From Pseudogymnoascus verrucosus (taxonomy: Eukaryota): a DNA stretch of 64,000 nucleotides. The DNA is taken from the NCBI GenBank assembly GCA_001662655.1, contig KV460240.1; one strand, 5' to 3'. Below the pieces are notes generated by a model. The model saw nothing but the letters and a program-made list of their open reading frames with translations, searched no databases and was not told the origin of the DNA. A program made the position numbers and the translations under genes. Shown here in pieces: positions 61,630 through 64,000 of this stretch. How positions within the stretch are numbered: position 1 is the stretch's first letter; the number at the start of each line of letters is the position of its first letter.

Positions 61630-64000
61630 ATGGAGGATCCAGATAAAACAATGCCGTCCGAGACGGAATTCCCAGTGCCGCCGACGTACGAGAAGGCGGG
61701 TGAGATCAAAGAGTTCGACGCGTCGGGACACCTGGTCGCAACCGTGACGGTGCTCCGCGGCAGCCTCGTCGAGTACGTTGGGTATTCTTACGGGGATTCT
61801 TCGTTATTGCCACCTGAGTATCTGGTCAAGTACCCAGAGAGTCGCGTTGCTATATCTGTGAGCTGCATTTCAATTCTAGTCAATATGAGAGTGTGATGGG
61901 GAGGGTGGTTGGGTTTCAATGCGTACGGAAACTAATGCCTCATAGATCCCGACGAGGTCACACTCATGGGCGAAGAGCTTTATGGAGACATTCCTACCAG
62001 CTGGGTATCCCAATAGTGTCACAGAGGACTACATGGAGTAAGTTCCGAAATATTTCTAACGCGTCATACCTATCTGACAGTGGCCCTTAGATATCAGATC
62101 TATGTAAGCATATCAACGTCTCATTGTCATATTATTCCATCTTGCTGGCCACGAAGCATTCATGTATCAAAAACTTCTACAAAGCATTGGCAACTACCCC
62201 CCATCAAAACATCCCCTAACACCCCCTCAGGACTCGCTCCAAGCCTTCTCAAGCTCCATAGCTGGCCTCATCGCTTCCCGCGCTGTCCTCGAAGGTACCC
62301 TCCCTCTCCCCTTATAATAACCCCTCCTAACACCCTCCAGGCGTTGGAGTCGGCGATGCCACTGCCTCCCCAACAACCGCCCTCCTCCTCTCCGTCCTGC
62401 AAGACTCCACCGGCCGTATTGCCACCATCCTCTTCGCCGCACGCCTTGGCCTATCCCTCGAGCCCGAGTGCAAGCGCTGGCGTCTCGTCGCCGACATCTT
62501 CAACGATGCCGCTATGATCCTCGATTGCCTCTCTCCCGCTTTCCCAAAGCCGCTACGCGTCAGCCTACTCAGCGCATCTGCCGCACTGCGCGCCCTCTGC
62601 GGTGTCGCCGCTGGCTCTGCAAAGGCAAGTCTGAGCGCGCACTTTGCTAAGAGCGGTAACCTGGGCGAGTTGAACGCTGTAAGTTGCCCCTCCCATTACC
62701 CCCATCAGATCTCAACCCCTAACAAACCCACAGAAAGATTCCTCCCAAGAAACCATCATCTCCCTCTTCGGCATGCTCGTCGGCACCGCCCTAATCCCCC
62801 ACCTCACCACCCCCCTCCAAACCTGGACCTACCTCCTCCTCCTCCTCTCCATCCACCTAACCACCAATTACTTCGCCGTCCGCGCCGTCAGCATGCGCAC
62901 CCTAAACCGGCAACGCGCCTCCCTCGTCCTCCGCCCCCTCCTCTCCCCCCCCATCGGCCCCTACGACCTCCCCCCAAACCCGATCGCCACACCCCTCCTC
63001 ATATCACAACAAGAAACAGTAATCCACCTCGACCCCTCCTCACTCCACGATCCAAACCCAGCACACGCCTCCTTCGTCCCTCTCGCCACAGTTCTCTCCC
63101 GTGCTTCGCGCGGCCCGAACCCAATAAAGCCACACATCCTCTTCAGCATCTTCGCCGCAGAATCATACATCCTCTATTTTGACCGCTACACTCGCCACGC
63201 ATTCATAGCGCTCAAATCGTACGCCACAACGTCTACAGCCCTACGCGCCTGGTTCTGCGCCATGGAGTGCGCGCACATGGACGATGGTATGTGGGCGGGC
63301 GGCTGGAGAAGGGGGCTTTCGTGGAAGCCTACGCATGGGGGGGAGGAGGGCACGGATTCCGCGGCGCTAGCGGGGTGCGTGAAGCACGTTGAGAGTGTGT
63401 GGCCGGTTATTAAAAAGGCGTTGAAGGGGAAGGGGTGGGATGTTGATACTAATGCGCTTGAGACGAGGGCGGGGACGAGGTTTCGTGTTGTTGGGGGGAA
63501 GGAGAGGGAGAAGTGGGAGTGGTGGCAGAAGTGGGTTGTGGAAAAGAAGGAAACGCGGCCGAGGGAGACTACGAGCGAAACGACGGAGAAGAAGGGGAAG
63601 GAGGTTAAGAAAGATGCCGTGTGGCCGCCGCTGCCGCCGTGGCCGATCTCTTGGGCTCTTGGGAAGAAAAGCAAGAAATCGGAAAATGTGGCGCTGGTTC
63701 AATCACCTATAAAGGAAATAGCGAGCGAGGCACCCAGCGAAGCAACAGCGAGCTCGGCAACATCGCCCGTCTCGGAAGCAGGATCACATACATCCCGACC
63801 CAAACACCGCCTGCGGAAATGGCTCTCCTCCACCTTCCTTGGAAGTCACGCACCGCGCGGAAGGGAAGACAGGGACAGTGATGCGTCTTCCTCCCGGAGT
63901 GAAAGACCATCGACTGAGAAGCCCTCCCATGACGTCCTCCGTGAGAAAGCAGCGATGGAAGCAGCAGCGGCTGACAGACCCTCCTCCTCCGTCCTCTCCG
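61630..64000 (+). CDS. RUS1/DUF647 family protein, multi-exon, open at the window end
   Basis: LPAGYPNSVTEDY, DSLQAFSSSIAG, GVGDATAS, ECKRWRLVADIFND, HFAKSGNLGELNA/KDSSQET and TLNRQRA. The last exon's frame has no stop before 64000. Confidence 0.85.

Overview
Eukaryotic DNA from a filamentous ascomycete. It has short GT-AG introns with RCTAAC-type branch points, dispersed 5S rRNA and tRNA genes, and RIP-like mutations; gene content suggests a cold-adapted Leotiomycete such as Pseudogymnoascus (inference). Core-gene blocks hold a carboxylesterase, CCDC25, uL3m, Coa1, Pho81/Nuc-2, a Skg6/Tos2-like protein, Cue5, DHX35, Ima1, a complex I 21.3 kDa subunit, Dot5, Ups2 and RUS1. They are interrupted by two accessory regions. 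(1) ~14.3-26 kb: a RIP-inactivated NACHT-ankyrin NLR, other gene wrecks, and one intact, intronless, secreted DUF3494 ice-binding protein gene. That gene lies between two copies of a dispersed repeat that differ by an exact 33-bp micro-inversion. (2) ~31-42.4 kb, next to three identical tRNA-Ile genes and a pogo/Fot1 remnant: a candidate catabolic cluster (FAH paralog, MFS transporter, amidohydrolase, Zn2Cys6 regulator, cupin) whose promoters share CGG-containing motifs. Splicing oddities: a required 1-nt exon plus a GC-AG intron in CCDC25, a start codon split by an intron in Pho81, and a probable GA-AG intron in the MFS gene. All calls come from reading the sequence; no database searches were run.
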